Below the pieces are notes generated by a model. That model did not search any database, was not told the DNA's origin, and worked only from the letters and a program-made list of their open reading frames with translations. A stretch of DNA of 64,000 bases from Mobula hypostoma (lineage: Eukaryota). The position numbers and the translations under genes are program-made. The first letter of the stretch is position 1; the number at the start of each line of letters is the position of its first letter. Shown here in pieces: positions 1 to 12,159 of this stretch. Location of the stretch: assembly GCF_963921235.1 (NCBI RefSeq), contig NC_086109.1:5024001-5088000 (forward strand). Reading direction: 5' to 3'.

Positions 1-470
1 TCCTGAATCACTGAGTGTGTGCCTTCAGGCTCCTGTACCTCCTTCCTGATGGTAACAGTGAGAACAGGGTGCATCCTGGGAGGCGAGGCTCCCTGACGAT
101 GGATGCTGATTTCCTGCGATGTCTTTTTGTTTAGATGTGCTCAATGGCGAGGAGGGTTTTACCCGTGATGGACTGGGCTGTTTCCCTCACATTTTGTAGG
201 ATTTTCGTTCAAGGGCATTGGCGTTTCCAATCCAGGGTGTGCTGCAGCCAGTCAATATTCTCTCCCAGAAATACACATCAGCGGAAGTTTGTCAAAGTTT
301 TAGATGTTGCTGAATCTCCACAAACTCCTAAGGAAGTAGAGGTGCTGCTGTGCTTTCTTTGTACGTGCTGGGCCCAGGACAGGTCCTGCAAAATGATAGC
401 ACCAAGGAATTTAAAGTTGCTGACCCTCTTCGATGTGGACTGGCTCATGGTCCTCTGGTTTCCTTCTCCT
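1..470 (-). mobile_element. Rex1/Babar-like LINE 3' fragment (degenerate)
   Basis: Homologous to 30410-31200 and 23735-24200 (cctgaatcactgagtgtgtgccttcaggctcctgtacctccttcctgatgg). Confidence 0.7.
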
Positions 471-1134
471 GAAGGAAATATTGGGATACTTAAGAGACAT
501 GTGGATGGTAGAAAAAGGGAAGGCTATGCAGGAGTGAAGGGTTAGGTTGATCTTGGAGTTAAAAGGTGGGCACAACATTGTGGGCCTGTACTGTGCTGTA
601 CTGTTTATGTTTAAGGGCAGTCAGAATGGGGTGAATTGCTCTGCTGGTAACTGCCATGTCTTGTGGGCTGAATGGCCTCCTGTTGTGACACAGTTAGCAT
701 CATCCCTCTCCTCTCACCAGTTAACAGAGGTTAACTGATGTAATCCACTGAGGTTACTGAAGTAACTAATTGCTAAAGAAAGCTGACCTTGAACTTTTGG
801 CTGAATTTAACAGAGTAACGTTCTAGAGCCCTGCCGATCCTTTGCTTCCCAAACCTTATGTATTCTTCCTTCTTCTTCTCAACTGGATGTTCCACCCCTC
901 TCGTGGCTCCATCATCCTACCAGCCTTTCCCGGCCTCAATGGGACAACCCCAGCAAGAGCTCCCTAAACACCTGCACATTTCTGTTGTACGTTTCCCAGT
1001 ATAATCTGTTCCCAATTTATGCTCTCCGGTTCCTACCTAATAATATTACAATTCACTTTCCCCCAATTAAATGCTTTCCCATAACGTCTGCTCCCACCCC
1101 TCTCCGAGGCGATAATAAAGGTCAGGGAGTTGTT

Positions 1135-1412
1135 TCGTCCGCTGGCCTGCGGGTCACCCTTGGGCAAGGTGTAGCACCAGCTTAACTCCCCCCGATCAGG
1201 GTCACGTGAAGCCATGAGAGCAGCTGGTGCCTATCACAAGTCCTGGCTATGCCACCACGATCACCAGGCCGCTGGGGTCACCCGTCTTGTAAAGGCCCTG
1301 CCCAGAAGAAGGCAAAGGCAAACCACTTCTGTAGAAAAATTCGCCCAGAACAATCATGGTCAAAGACTATATTCGCCCACATCATACGACACGGCGCGTA
1401 ACGATGATGATT
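1135..1412 (+). mobile_element. Short retroelement with RTE-type 3' tail, copy 1 (internally deleted)
   Basis: Homologous to 8552-8961, 11215-11592 and 51112-51485. Tail motif gaaggca(a/t)ggcaaaccacttctgtag followed by (GAT)n. Confidence 0.75.
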
Positions 1413-2377
1413 CCAACCAATGAAGAAGAATTATGAAGAAAGCAAGTGTGAGTTCAGAAGACTGGACTTGGTGAGATTAATTGGGAGAACTGGGTAGGGA
1501 CAGGAGGTAATGAAACCAGAAAATGGGCCGAGAGGAAGTAAAAAATTGCAGACATATTGTCCAAAATAACTTCTGTCTACTTCCGTGAAAACATCCAGGC
1601 AAGTTAGAGTCAATATTTGTGTTCCATTGGACGCTGCTGATAAGGCAATGGGTGTTGCTTCGGTATCTCGGGTATGTGCATGATATTTGTGTTGCCCAAT
1701 GCTGACACACTATTAATGATCAATTAAGCTCCCTGACACACAGTCATGCATAAGTAGTACAGACTTGAGCTCATTCCAGACAGGAAACCCTGATGTCATA
1801 TCCGATCGGGTTCAGTTGTTCCGTGGACCAGGAAAGATAGGTTCATTTTTGAGAAACAGGCTTGGTTACTGATGCTGTTTGTTGGCTGTGAAAACCTTTC
1901 TTTTGCCAATGGGTTACTTTTGTAATCTCTGTCCACTGGTGATGAGAGGAGGAGGGCAATGATGCAAACTACAACACAAGAGGGGGCACCCTCTATTCCC
2001 CCTGTCCGATGACCCTGTACCCTTGCAACTTAGCTCGATGGGTCAGATGGGCCTGTTTTGCACTGCATCTCAATAAATAAATGTTTAAAAAATCTTTGGG
2101 ATTTTGGAAACCCATGCCATCAGAGTGAAAGCATGCAGACTCCACACAGACAGTATTCTGAGAATGGGATGGAAATGAGTTTGCTTTAAACTCCCTCATT
2201 TACTGTGTTGAAAGTACTGTAAATGCTTAATGTTTCTGCAAGAGTTGGCAGGTTGACTGAAGATAGGATAGGGCCAACGTCCATGGTTTGGCCAACTGCA
2301 GTAAATTAAATTCAACTTGTTGAGAAATTGAAGTTGGAAATCAGTCCTCCTCAAGTCAGCAGGAAATTTAGGAAAGT

Positions 2378-2740
2378 TAGAGATGTACAAGGTGATAAGA
2401 GGCATAGATTGAATGGGCAGCCGGAGACTCTTCCCGGGGCAGAAATGACTAAAATCAGGAGCTAATGTAAATTTAAAGGGATTGGATGGAAGTATGAGGG
2501 GGATGTCACAGGTAGGCCTTTTTACACAGAGGGTGGTGGGTGTGTGGAATGTGCTGACAGGGTGGTGGTAGAGGCAGATACATTAGGGGCATTTTGAAGA
2601 TGCTTAGATTGGCACATGGATGATAGAAAAATGGAAGACTATGGTGGGAGGGAAGGCTTCGATTGATATGAGAGTAGGTTAAGAGGTTGGCACAACATCA
2701 TGAGCCGGAAGGCCTGTACTTTGCTGTAGTGTTCAATGTT
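2378..2740 (+). mobile_element. CR1-like LINE 3' fragment
   Basis: Degenerate ORF2 end (acacagagggtggtgggtgtgtggaat = TQRVVGVWN) plus 3' UTR gaaggcctgtactttgctgtag. Confidence 0.7.
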
Positions 2741-2811
2741 CTACAAAATCACCATCATCAAAACCAGATACAAATTCACTTCTGAATCTCATACTTTTCC
2801 ACACTTTCTCT

Positions 2812-2814
<3 letters not shown>

Positions 2815-2858
<44 letters not shown>

Positions 2859-2953
2859 CCACACACCCATGTACTCTCCATGTCTGTCTGTCTCTTCCCT
2901 CTTACACACACATACCCACGTACTCTCTCTATCTGTCTGTCTGTCTCTTCCTG

Positions 2954-2993
<40 letters not shown>
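2815..2993. repeat. Compound (CT)n/(CA)n microsatellite
   Basis: Direct reading. Confidence 0.95.
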
Positions 2994-2997
<4 letters not shown>

Positions 2998-3770
2998 TTT
3001 CTGCCATCAACTACACAGATATCATACATTGATATCTGCACTGGTATCGTACACAGAACACAGAACAGTACAGGCCCTTCAGCCCACAATACCTGTGCTG
3101 AACATGATGCAAAATTAAGCCATATCTCTACTGCCTGCACATGATCCATATCCCTCCTTTCCCTGTTTATTCATTTGCTCACCTAAAGGTGTTTTAAGCA
3201 CCACTGCCATGTCTGTTTTACAGCACCAGGCAGCCCATTGCAGATCCCCACCACTCTCTGGGGAGAAAACTTGCCCCGCGCATCTCCTTTGCAGACTAAG
3301 GAAATTGTCAAAGAACATAAAAAAGTAAGAATAGGGAAATAAGAATAGTCCATAAGACCATGACATAGGAGGAGAATTAGGCCATTCAGTCCATCGAGCC
3401 TGATCCTGGACCCCACTCAACCCATACCCCAACCCGATACAAGTGGTGAAAGTGTAAAGTTGTCGCCCCCTTGCTGGCTATGCTGACATTCACTGTCCAG
3501 CCTGTCTGTGCTGGGAAAGTGCTGAAAATTTTGACCTCTCCAGTGGTCTGGAGCCACCAGACTGGGTGAGGGTGACAGATGTGCTTCCTTGAAGGGGACT
3601 GGGGAACGGAGGGGTGTGACTGTAGTTAGGAAGTTTACAGGTTATGCACACTGGGGATATGGCTCTGGTAAGGTGGTGGCACACTCGGATGCAGGTCCGA
3701 ATAGGTCCGAACAACGGTATAAGTGTCCGTCCTTGATGTCTAATTATCAAGTTTCCATCGAACTCAATAC

Positions 3771-4688
3771 ATAAGTTTGCTGATGACACAACAATTGTCA
3801 GGTGTATATTGAGTAATGATGAGTTTGAGTACAGAGAGGAGATTAAGAACCTGGTGACATGGTACAAAGACAATAACCTATCCCTCAACGTCAGCAAGAT
3901 GAAGGAATTGGTTGTTGACTTCAGAACGAGTAGCGGACCGCACGACCCAATTTACATCGGTGGTGCGCAAATGGAACAGGTCAAAAGCTTTAAGTTCCTC
4001 GGGGTCAATATCACAGATGACCTGACTTGGTCCAACCAAGCAGAGTCCACTGCCAAGAGGGCCCACCAGCACCTTTACTTCCTGAGAAAAATAAAGAAAT
4101 TTGGCCTGTCCCCTAAAACCCTCACGAATTTTTATAGATGCACCATAGAAAGCATTCTTCTAGGGTGCATCACAACCTGGTATGGAAGTTGTCCTGTCCA
4201 AGACCGGAAGAAGCTGCAGAAGATCGTGAACACGGCGTAGCACATCACACAAACCAATCTTCCGTCCTTGGACTCACTTTACACTGCACGCTGTCGGAGC
4301 AGTGCTGCCAGGATAATCAAGGACACGACCCTCCCAGCCAACACACTTTTCGTCCCTCTTCCCTCCGGGAGAAGGTTCAGGAGCTTGAAGACTCATACGG
4401 CCAGATTTGGGAACAGCTTCTTTACAACAGTGATAAGACTGCTGAACGGATCCTGACCCAGATCTGGGCCGTACCCTCCAAATATCCGGACCTGCCTCTC
4501 GGTTTTTTGTTTGCACTACCTTACTTTCCATTTCTCTATTTTCTATTTATGATTTATAATTTAAATTTTTAATATTTACTATCGATTTGTAATCCAGGGA
4601 GCAGGAAGCGCAGAATCAAATATCACTGTGATGATTGTACGTTCTAGTATCAATTGTTTAGTGACAATAAAGTATAAAGTAAAGTAAA
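3771..4688 (+). mobile_element. Rex1/Babar-like LINE, 5'-truncated, relatively intact
   Basis: KFADD RT motif at 3773. ORFs 3809-4240 and 4268-4456 (AHQHLYFLRKIKKFG...TIESILLGCITTWYG...LPSGRRFRS). AATAAA and AAGTA-repeat tail. Confidence 0.85.
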
Positions 4689-5427
4689 ATAACCGCAAGA
4701 CCCTGCTGGATATTAAGATCATCAGGTTCTGTAGGTCTGCCCCATCGGTGGGACACTGGATAGCGGTGGAGCTGAACAAGTTGTGCACTGTGTAGCGGCT
4801 TGCTTCAGCTAACCAGGGAAGAAAGCACCAGAGGCAATGCGCAGAAATGGTACGCGGTCCAAACAGTGCGGGTGATAGCCTTGGCTGTTTTTGTTGTGAT
4901 CACAAAACCCTGGACACTGGTAATGAATATTGTGAGTCCGAGCCACTGGTTCAATGGCGAGACCGATGGCAGGGAAGCTGCGTTGCCTTGGTCCTTGCGT
5001 GAACAAGTTCCCTCGTGCCTCCGGGCTGCTGGATTGGGGGCTGCCCCCTCCCGTTGGCATTGCCCTCCAGTGTTTACTCAGTAGAAGTCAAACTGGATTG
5101 TGTTTGTCTGCAGCTCTGCTTGCGCAAGATGAGGAAATGCTGTGTGTTCGTTCTTGCAGAAACACGGCTCCAGGACAACATGAATCTACAGTCCATCCCA
5201 CACAGGGACTTGGGCTATGTCATTATTACAGTGATTATCGTGATTTGTAATTATTGTTATTTTTTGTAACTGAATGCTGTTTTGCTATTTTAATTATATG
5301 TGTTATACCCGCTCTGCACTGCGTGACACTGTTGTTTCTGTGTTTTGCACCTGAGCCCTGGAGGAACAATGTTTTGTTTGCCTGTATTCATATGCGTGGT
5401 TGAATGACAATTAAACTTGAACTTCAA
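4689..5427 (+). mobile_element. Internally deleted Rex1-like element (N-terminal/APE remnant joined to a 3' UTR)
   Basis: RKTLLDI...KLDC...MRKCCVFVLAET resembles a Rex1 endonuclease N-terminus. It is followed directly by a 3' UTR ending attaaacttgaacttc. Confidence 0.55.
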
Positions 5428-5649
5428 TCACCACTCTAACACATTCAGTTTGTTAAAAGTTCAAAGTAAATTTATTATCGAAGTATGTGTATGTCACCAT
5501 GTTCTACCCTGAGAGTTATTTCCTTGCAGGCATTCACAGTAGTATGGAGAAAGGCAATAGAATCAGTGAAGAACAACACACAAAGACAGACAAACAACTA
5601 ATGTGCAAAAGATGACATGTTGCCCAAACACAAAGAGAGCAAATAAACT

Positions 5650-7445
5650 GTAGTGTGGATTAGACACATTCCACAGGTTTAGTGTGACTGTAGAGGATCA
5701 GACTCCACAGTTAGTGTGACTGTAGAGCAGTGGTCCCCAACCATTGGGCCGCAAAACATGTGCTACCGGCCGCAAGGAAACAATACGATTTGGCGATATG
5801 AAACGATAGGAGTCAGCTGCACCTTTCCTCATTCCCTGTGGTGCACTGTTGAACTTGTACACGCCCGCCACCCCGTCGGCCGGTCTGCAAGAATATTGTC
5901 AATATTAAACCGGTCCGCGGTGCGAGAAAAGTTGGGGACTCCTGCTGTAGAGGATCAGACCCCACAGGTTAGTGTGACTGTAGGGGGTCAGACCCCACAG
6001 GTTGGTGTGACTGTAGGGGGTCAGACCCCGCAGGTTAGTGTGACTGTAGGGGGTCAGACTCCACAGGTTAGTGTGACTTGAGGGGGTCAGACCCCACAGG
6101 TTAGTGTGACTGTAGGGGGTCAGACTCCACAGGTTAGTGTGACTGTAGGGGGTCAGACCCCGCAGGTTAGTGTGACTTGAGGGGGTCAGACCCCACAGGT
6201 TAGTGTGACTGTAGGGGGTCAGACTCCACAGGTTAGTGTGACTGTAGGGGGTCAGACCCCACAGGTTAGTATGACTGTGGGGGAGGGTCAGACTCCACAG
6301 GTTAGTGTGACTGTAGGGGGTCAGACCCCACAGGTTAGTATGACTGTGGGGGGGGGGTCAGACTCCACAGGTTAGTGTGACTGTAGGGGGTCAGACCCCA
6401 CAGATTAGTGTGACTTGAGGGGGTCAGACCCCACAGGTTAGTGTGACTGTAGGGGGTCAGACTTCACAGGTTAGTGTGACTGTGGGGGGGGGGTCAGACC
6501 CCACAGGTTAGTGTGACTGTGGGGGGGGGTCAGACTCCACAGGTTAGTGTGACTGTAGGGGGTCAGACTTCACAGGTTAGTGTGACTGTGGGGGGGGGTC
6601 AGACTCCACAGGTTAGTATGACTGTAGGGGGTCAGACCCCGCAGGTTAGTGTGACTGTAGGGGGTCAGACTCCACAGGTTAGTGTGACTTGAGGGGGTCA
6701 GACCCCACAGGTTAGTGTGACTGTAGGGGGTCAGACTCCACAGGTTAGTGTGACTGTAGGGGGGTCAGACCCCGCAGGTTAGTGTGACTTGAGGGGGTCA
6801 GACCCCACAGGTTAGTGTGACTGTAGGGGGTCAGACTCCACAGGTTAGTGTGACTGTAGGGGGTCAGACCCCACAGGTTAGTATGACTGTGGGGGAGGGT
6901 CAGACTCCACAGGTTAGTGTGACTGTAGGGGGTCAGACCCCACAGGTTAGTATGACTGTGGGGGGGGGTCAGACTCCACAGGTTAGTGTGACTGTAGGGG
7001 GTCAGACCCCACAGATTAGTGTGACTTGAGGGGGTCAGACCCCACAGGTTAGTGTGACTGTAGGGGGTCAGACTTCACAGGTTAGTGTGACTGTGGGGGG
7101 GGGTCAGACCCCACAGGTTAGTGTGACTGTGGGGGGGGGGTCAGACTCCACAGGTTAGTGTGACTGTAGGGGGTCAGACTTCACAGGTTAGTGTGACTGT
7201 GGGGGGGGGGTCAGACTCCACAGGTTAGTATGACTGTAGGGGGTCAGACCCCGCAGGTTAGTGTGACTGTAGGGGGTCAGACCCCACAGGTTAGTATGAC
7301 TGTAGGGGGGGGTCAGATTCCACAGGTTAGTGTGACTGTAGGGGGTCAGACTCCACAGGTTAATGTGACTCTAGGGGGTCAGATCCCACAAGTTTCTGTG
7401 TCTGTAGGGCATCAGACACTGCAGGTCAGTGTGATTGCAGGGGAC
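5650..7445. repeat. 33-bp minisatellite, about 45 units
   Basis: Unit ccacaggttagtgtgactgtagggggtcagac(c/t) with variable G-run length. It produces the spurious TVGGQTPQVSV ORFs. Confidence 0.97.
5728..5944. mobile_element. hAT (Charlie-like) MITE
   Basis: TIR CAGTGGTCCCCAAC / GTTGGGGACTCCTG. Perfect 8-bp TSD CTGTAGAG at 5720-27 and 5945-52. Confidence 0.85.
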
Positions 7446-8551
7446 ATGGGGGAGTGAGCAGGAGCTGGTCAATGTGAGGTTTGTTTTAGATCTGGTATAA
7501 TCTGGTACATTAACACAAACATCTCAGCAACATTTAACCTGCGGTGCAGGAGCTGATGCTGGGGTTGAACTATGTCAGTAAAGGAACTTGTTTTTCTGGA
7601 TGTGCTAAACCTGCCTGAGGAAGCTGGGCCCAGGTTCTAACTGGTTTCGCGTCTCCAAACTGGTGAAGTGATTAGTCATTAATAGCTCATGGCTGTAAAC
7701 TGCACTGCTTTCCCCCTACTGAAGCTGCAGTCAGAGTCATTCGCAGGAGTGTACAATTCCTCACACCAGTCCCTCCACATACAGCTGTGGGTATCGCATC
7801 TTCTGCAGCAGGAGTGAAGCACCGTCCTGTGGTCTAATGTGAAGCCCACCTATTGCAGGGACTCGTTGAAAAGAAATGCCATAAATTGGGCAGGAAGCCA
7901 ATCAAAAATCTCCTGAGTTGTAGAGCTGGCTGCCATGACCTGAGCCCAAGTTGATGTGGTCTTCCATTGATTCTGTCCTGGTTACTATTCTCGGTTTATT
8001 GAGTATGCCCGCAAGAAAATGAATCTCAGGGTTGTACATCATGGCATATATGTACTTCGATAATAAATGTACTTTGAACTTTGATCTCTAACCCTGAAGA
8101 AAACCTACCCAATCCCTATAAACAGGTCATCTGGTTGTAGTATCCTTACCCACAAGATGTCATATTTGGGTTTGGTAATCATGGTAAGTGAGCCACCACA
8201 AAGCCAAACAAGAAGGGAAATTAGGTGGGGTCTAAAGAGGCACAAAGTGACTATTTTATTTAACTTAAAGCTTTCCTTAAGACTTAATGTCGAGTTCAAA
8301 GTCTTGGGGCTTTCTCTACATGGGTATCAGAGGTGGCTTGCTCTGTCGTGGAACATATCCCTGAGGTATTGGCTCAGACTGCCTCTCCACTACATACAGC
8401 CTGTTCGACCTATTTCTTGCTGCTTGGTATTTCAGCTTCTGTTTCCGTCTCTCCGCCCTGATGCCGTACTGGTTACGATCGTCTGCTATGTTCTCCCTCT
8501 CAAATGCTCAGTAACGATCAATAACTTTATCAACAGTTTCTCCCCATGGCA

Positions 8552-8961
8552 TAAGGGAGGCAGGGTGGAGATACATCTTGATCAAAGGAGGTGTAAGGCG
8601 CTCCTTCCCTCCGCTAGCCTGCAGGTCATCCTTGTGCGAGGTGTAGCACCTGCTTAGCCCCCCGATCAGGGTCACATGAAGCCATGGTTTTATGAGCAGC
8701 TGGTGCATATCACAAGTCCTGGTTATGCAACCACTGACACCAGGCAGACAACCTCTGAAGAGTGTTGATAATGGCTGGGGGTCACCTGTCTTGTAAAGAC
8801 ACTGCCCAGAAAAAGGCAATGGCAAACCACTTTTGTAGAAGAATTTGCCAAAGACAATCATGGTCATGGATAGAGAAAAGAATAAGCAGATTAGAGACAG
8901 ATGGGAGACTGTGATCACCCACGTCATGTGACCCGGCACATAACGATGATGATGATGACGA
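8552..8961 (+). mobile_element. Short retroelement with RTE-type tail, copy 2 (TSD-bounded)
   Basis: TSD TCCCCATGGCA at 8541-51 and 8962-72; (GAT)n tail. Confidence 0.85.
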
Positions 8962-9384
8962 TCCCCATGGCAACGCTGGCCTCACCTTTTCAGAAATATC
9001 CCCCTTGTTTCCTCAACCCCTCCACCACTACCTTTGCCACTTGAAATTGTGTAACGTACACAAGATGCTGGAGGAACTCGCCAGGTCAAGCAGCTTCTGT
9101 GAAGGGAAACGATCAGTTGACGTTTCGGGCCAAGACCCTCCATCGGGACAGGAAATGAAGAGTTGCGGTTGGGGGCAGAAGCCAGAATGAGGCTTGTTGG
9201 GGAGGGGGTGAAGCAGGACCCAGCAGGTGAGAGGCGAAAGGCGATTCATGATAACCTGGGTTGGAAAATCACCAAGGGATGTGGGGGTAGGGCGGGGTTG
9301 GGGGGGGGAACGTGTATAAATTTAGGCAGCAGAGCAAAGGCAGGGAAAGAGTTAACGATGCTGTAGGTTAACTTGGGAACATTT

Positions 9385-10200
9385 AATGGTGTGCATCTCA
9401 AATAGCCTGTTACACCCACGTCCAGTTCCTGGCCTTCACCTGCACCTTAGTTACTGAGCCTGGCAGAGCTGTTTCTACTGACAGGAGAAGGGGAAAAGAT
9501 GGAATACCGACATCTTAAAACCGGTCACTTCAGGCAGGTGGGGCTCATCAGCCTCGGAGAAGAAAAACTGATCTCAAATATCTGCTGCCTGGAAGCTACA
9601 CCCACTTATCAGCAAGGCTTTGGGAATAAACCTCCAAGGGAAAATCCGGAACTGGTGTCTCCAAGGTGGTCCTATGTTGAATTGAACACTGACTGGCAAC
9701 TCCTGCGATGCCACTGGTGCCAAGCTGTACCAGCCTCTGCCGTTCCTTTGGATTCATTAGCTGCGTGGAGAGGAGGAACCTGCTGCGTGGGCAACAGCTC
9801 GCTCTCCATATCGTACTGCCCTGGCTGATGTATCTAGACGGCTAGGATGCAACACGGGGAGCAGTAGTGCAGAGGGTAGCACATCGCTTTACAGTACCAG
9901 CGACCTGGGTACAATTCCTACTACTGCCTGTAAGGAGTTCATACATTCTCCCTGTGACTGCGTGGGTTTCCTCCGGGTGCTCCGGTTTCCTCCCACAGTC
10001 CAAAGACCTACCGGTTGGTAGGTTAATTGGTCATTGTAGGTTGTCCCGCAATTAGGCTAGGGTTGAACTGGGGGATTACTGGGCAGTGTGGCTCAAAGAG
10101 CTCGAAGGACCTGTTCTGTGTTGTATCCCAATAAATAAATAAACAAACAATTAATTCATTCATTTAAAAAACTCCCATGCTTGACCCCAGCCAACGGAGG
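9385..10200 (+). mobile_element. 5'-truncated copy of the 16044 element, split by a V-SINE
   Basis: Colinear with 16110-16645. Interrupted at about 9853 by a SINE and resumes at about 10174 (ccatgcttgaccccagccaacggagg). Confidence 0.75.
9857..10150 (+). mobile_element. tRNA-derived V-SINE (HE1-like) with CR1-type tail
   Basis: Box A/B-like head. V-domain (cgtgggtttcctccgggtgctccggtttcctcccacagtccaaagac). (AATA)n tail. Confidence 0.85.
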
Positions 10201-11214
10201 TGAGTTTGAAGGAGGGGTTTGTACGACCCAGCAATGACTCCAGAGTGAATGGAGACACCACAGCTTCGATTGGAAGCATTTCTCCAAGTCTAGAGGCAGA
10301 GAGAAAGGAGAAGGCCATTCAGTCCCTCATGTTCATTCACCAATCACCAGGATCATGGCTGACCCCTGCCTCAGCACCACTCCCCTGCACTAACTATCGA
10401 TTTCTTCCAGACTGGGCGTAATTCTATCGATAGAGACTGCAGGCATATGGACGGACACACTGTCTGCTGGAGTTACTCTGTGGGTTGAGTGGTGTCTGTG
10501 GGGGAAGGAGGAACTATTGACATTTTGGGTTGAAACCCTGCATCAGGGCTTCTTGTCCTCTGCCATCAGGTTTCTGAAGGGCTGAATGGCCTACTGCTGC
10601 ACCTATTGTCTATTGTCTATCGAATGCCCCATGGACCCATGAACACTGCCTCACTACTTGGCTCTTTTTCTGCACCACTTACAATATTTTACATATTCTC
10701 ACTGTAATTTATATTAATGTTTTACATACTGCACTCCTGCTGCAAGACAACAAGTTTCACGACTTAATTTAGTGATAATGAACCGGATTCTGATTCTGAG
10801 TGTGGAGGCGGGAGATGCGCGATGTAAAGATGGGAGTGAGAGGGGCGACACAGAAATCTAACAAAGTTGTTCAAGGTGAGAGGCGGGTTGTGCCAGGGGT
10901 GGAGGTGCAGTTGGGAGACTGTGGCATGTGAGTGATAGATGGAGGCAGACAGAGAGAGGAGGAAATGAGAGGCAGACAAAAAGCAGGAGGGTGAAGGTCA
11001 GAGATCGCTTCTGGAAGGAGATAAGCAGAACCGCAAAAAATTGGACAAGTGACAGAGGTGAAACTTCGAATGATCTATCATCCACTTTATTATTGAATCA
11101 ATCCCTGCCTTAAGCACCTGGGCAGAGAATTCCAAAGGTCCCTCAGCCTCTGAGTGAAGACATTATCCCCTCTTCCTCCTTGAATGACCAACCCTATATT
11201 TTGAGACACCGCCA

Positions 11215-11592
11215 TGTGGGTGGCGGGGTGGAGATACGTCTCTACCAAAGGAGGTGTAAGATGCTCCTTCCCTCCGCTAGCCTGCAGGTCACCCTTGGGC
11301 AAGGTGTAGCACCTGCTTAGCCCCCCGATCAGGGTCACGTGAAGCCACAGGATCAGGTGGTGGATGGTCGTATGAGCAGCTGGTGCATATTACAAGTCCT
11401 GGTTATGTGACCACTGACGCCAGGCAGACAATCTCTGAAGGGTATTGATAATGGCTGGGCTCACCCATCTTGTAAAGACACTGCCCAGAAGAAGGCAATG
11501 GTAAACCACTTCTGTAGAAACATTTGCCAAGAGCAAACGTGGTCATGGACAGACTGAATCTGCCCATGACACATAATGAACGAACGAACGAC
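11215..11592 (+). mobile_element. Short retroelement with RTE-type tail, copy 3
   Basis: Same family as 8552-8961; (AACG)n tail. Confidence 0.85.
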
Positions 11593-12159
11593 AAACTCCT
11601 TGGTTTTTGACACACCATTGAGGGGTGAAATCTGCCCTGTCAAGCGTTGTTTGTGTTTTGAAAGTTTGATTTGTACACCTACTTGAGATTGTACTCAGTT
11701 CACACACACTGTTGGTGCAGATGCACCCGACACTCCCAGAAAAACCCATAAACACAACCTAAAATATGTGACCTCCACCCTGCCAAATCGTCTCAATAAT
11801 GCATTTGATGAAGCAATGTCATATGGGTGTGTGGATTAGCTGGCAGGTAGTTAAATTTAGAATCACAGAAATGTGTGCACAGGAGGAGGTACTTCATGCC
11901 AGCTAAAACAGGATCTGTAGAAATGCTGGAAATGTTTACCAGCAGATTCGTTCCCAGCAGGGTCTCCCACCTTTCTGTGCCATGGACCTGCAGATTGTAG
12001 CCTCCTCCCGGACACCATCTGCACACGAGGACCCTCTGACTCCAGAGGAGTACAGCAGAGAAAAGCAAATTGGGACCACAAATGGCAGCAAGTGCTGAAA
12101 ACAGTCGGCAGGTCAGACAGCAACAGTGCAGAGGATCAGAATCAGGTCCGTTATAACGG

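Noticed and set aside
5716..7457. Repetitive TVGGQTPQVSV protein ORFs
   Set aside because: A by-product of a 33-bp unit; frame is broken repeatedly by G-run length changes and TGA variants.
8157..8657. 166-aa ORF (also 12823-13164 on the - strand)
   Set aside because: No recognisable motifs or splice structure; the first runs into a retroelement.
11215..11350. HDV-like ribozyme in the head of the four-copy RTE-tailed element (GGGTGGC/GTCACCC could be P1)
   Set aside because: I could not place P2, P3/L3, P1.1 and J4/2 in the required order. Simple hairpins explain the sequence better.
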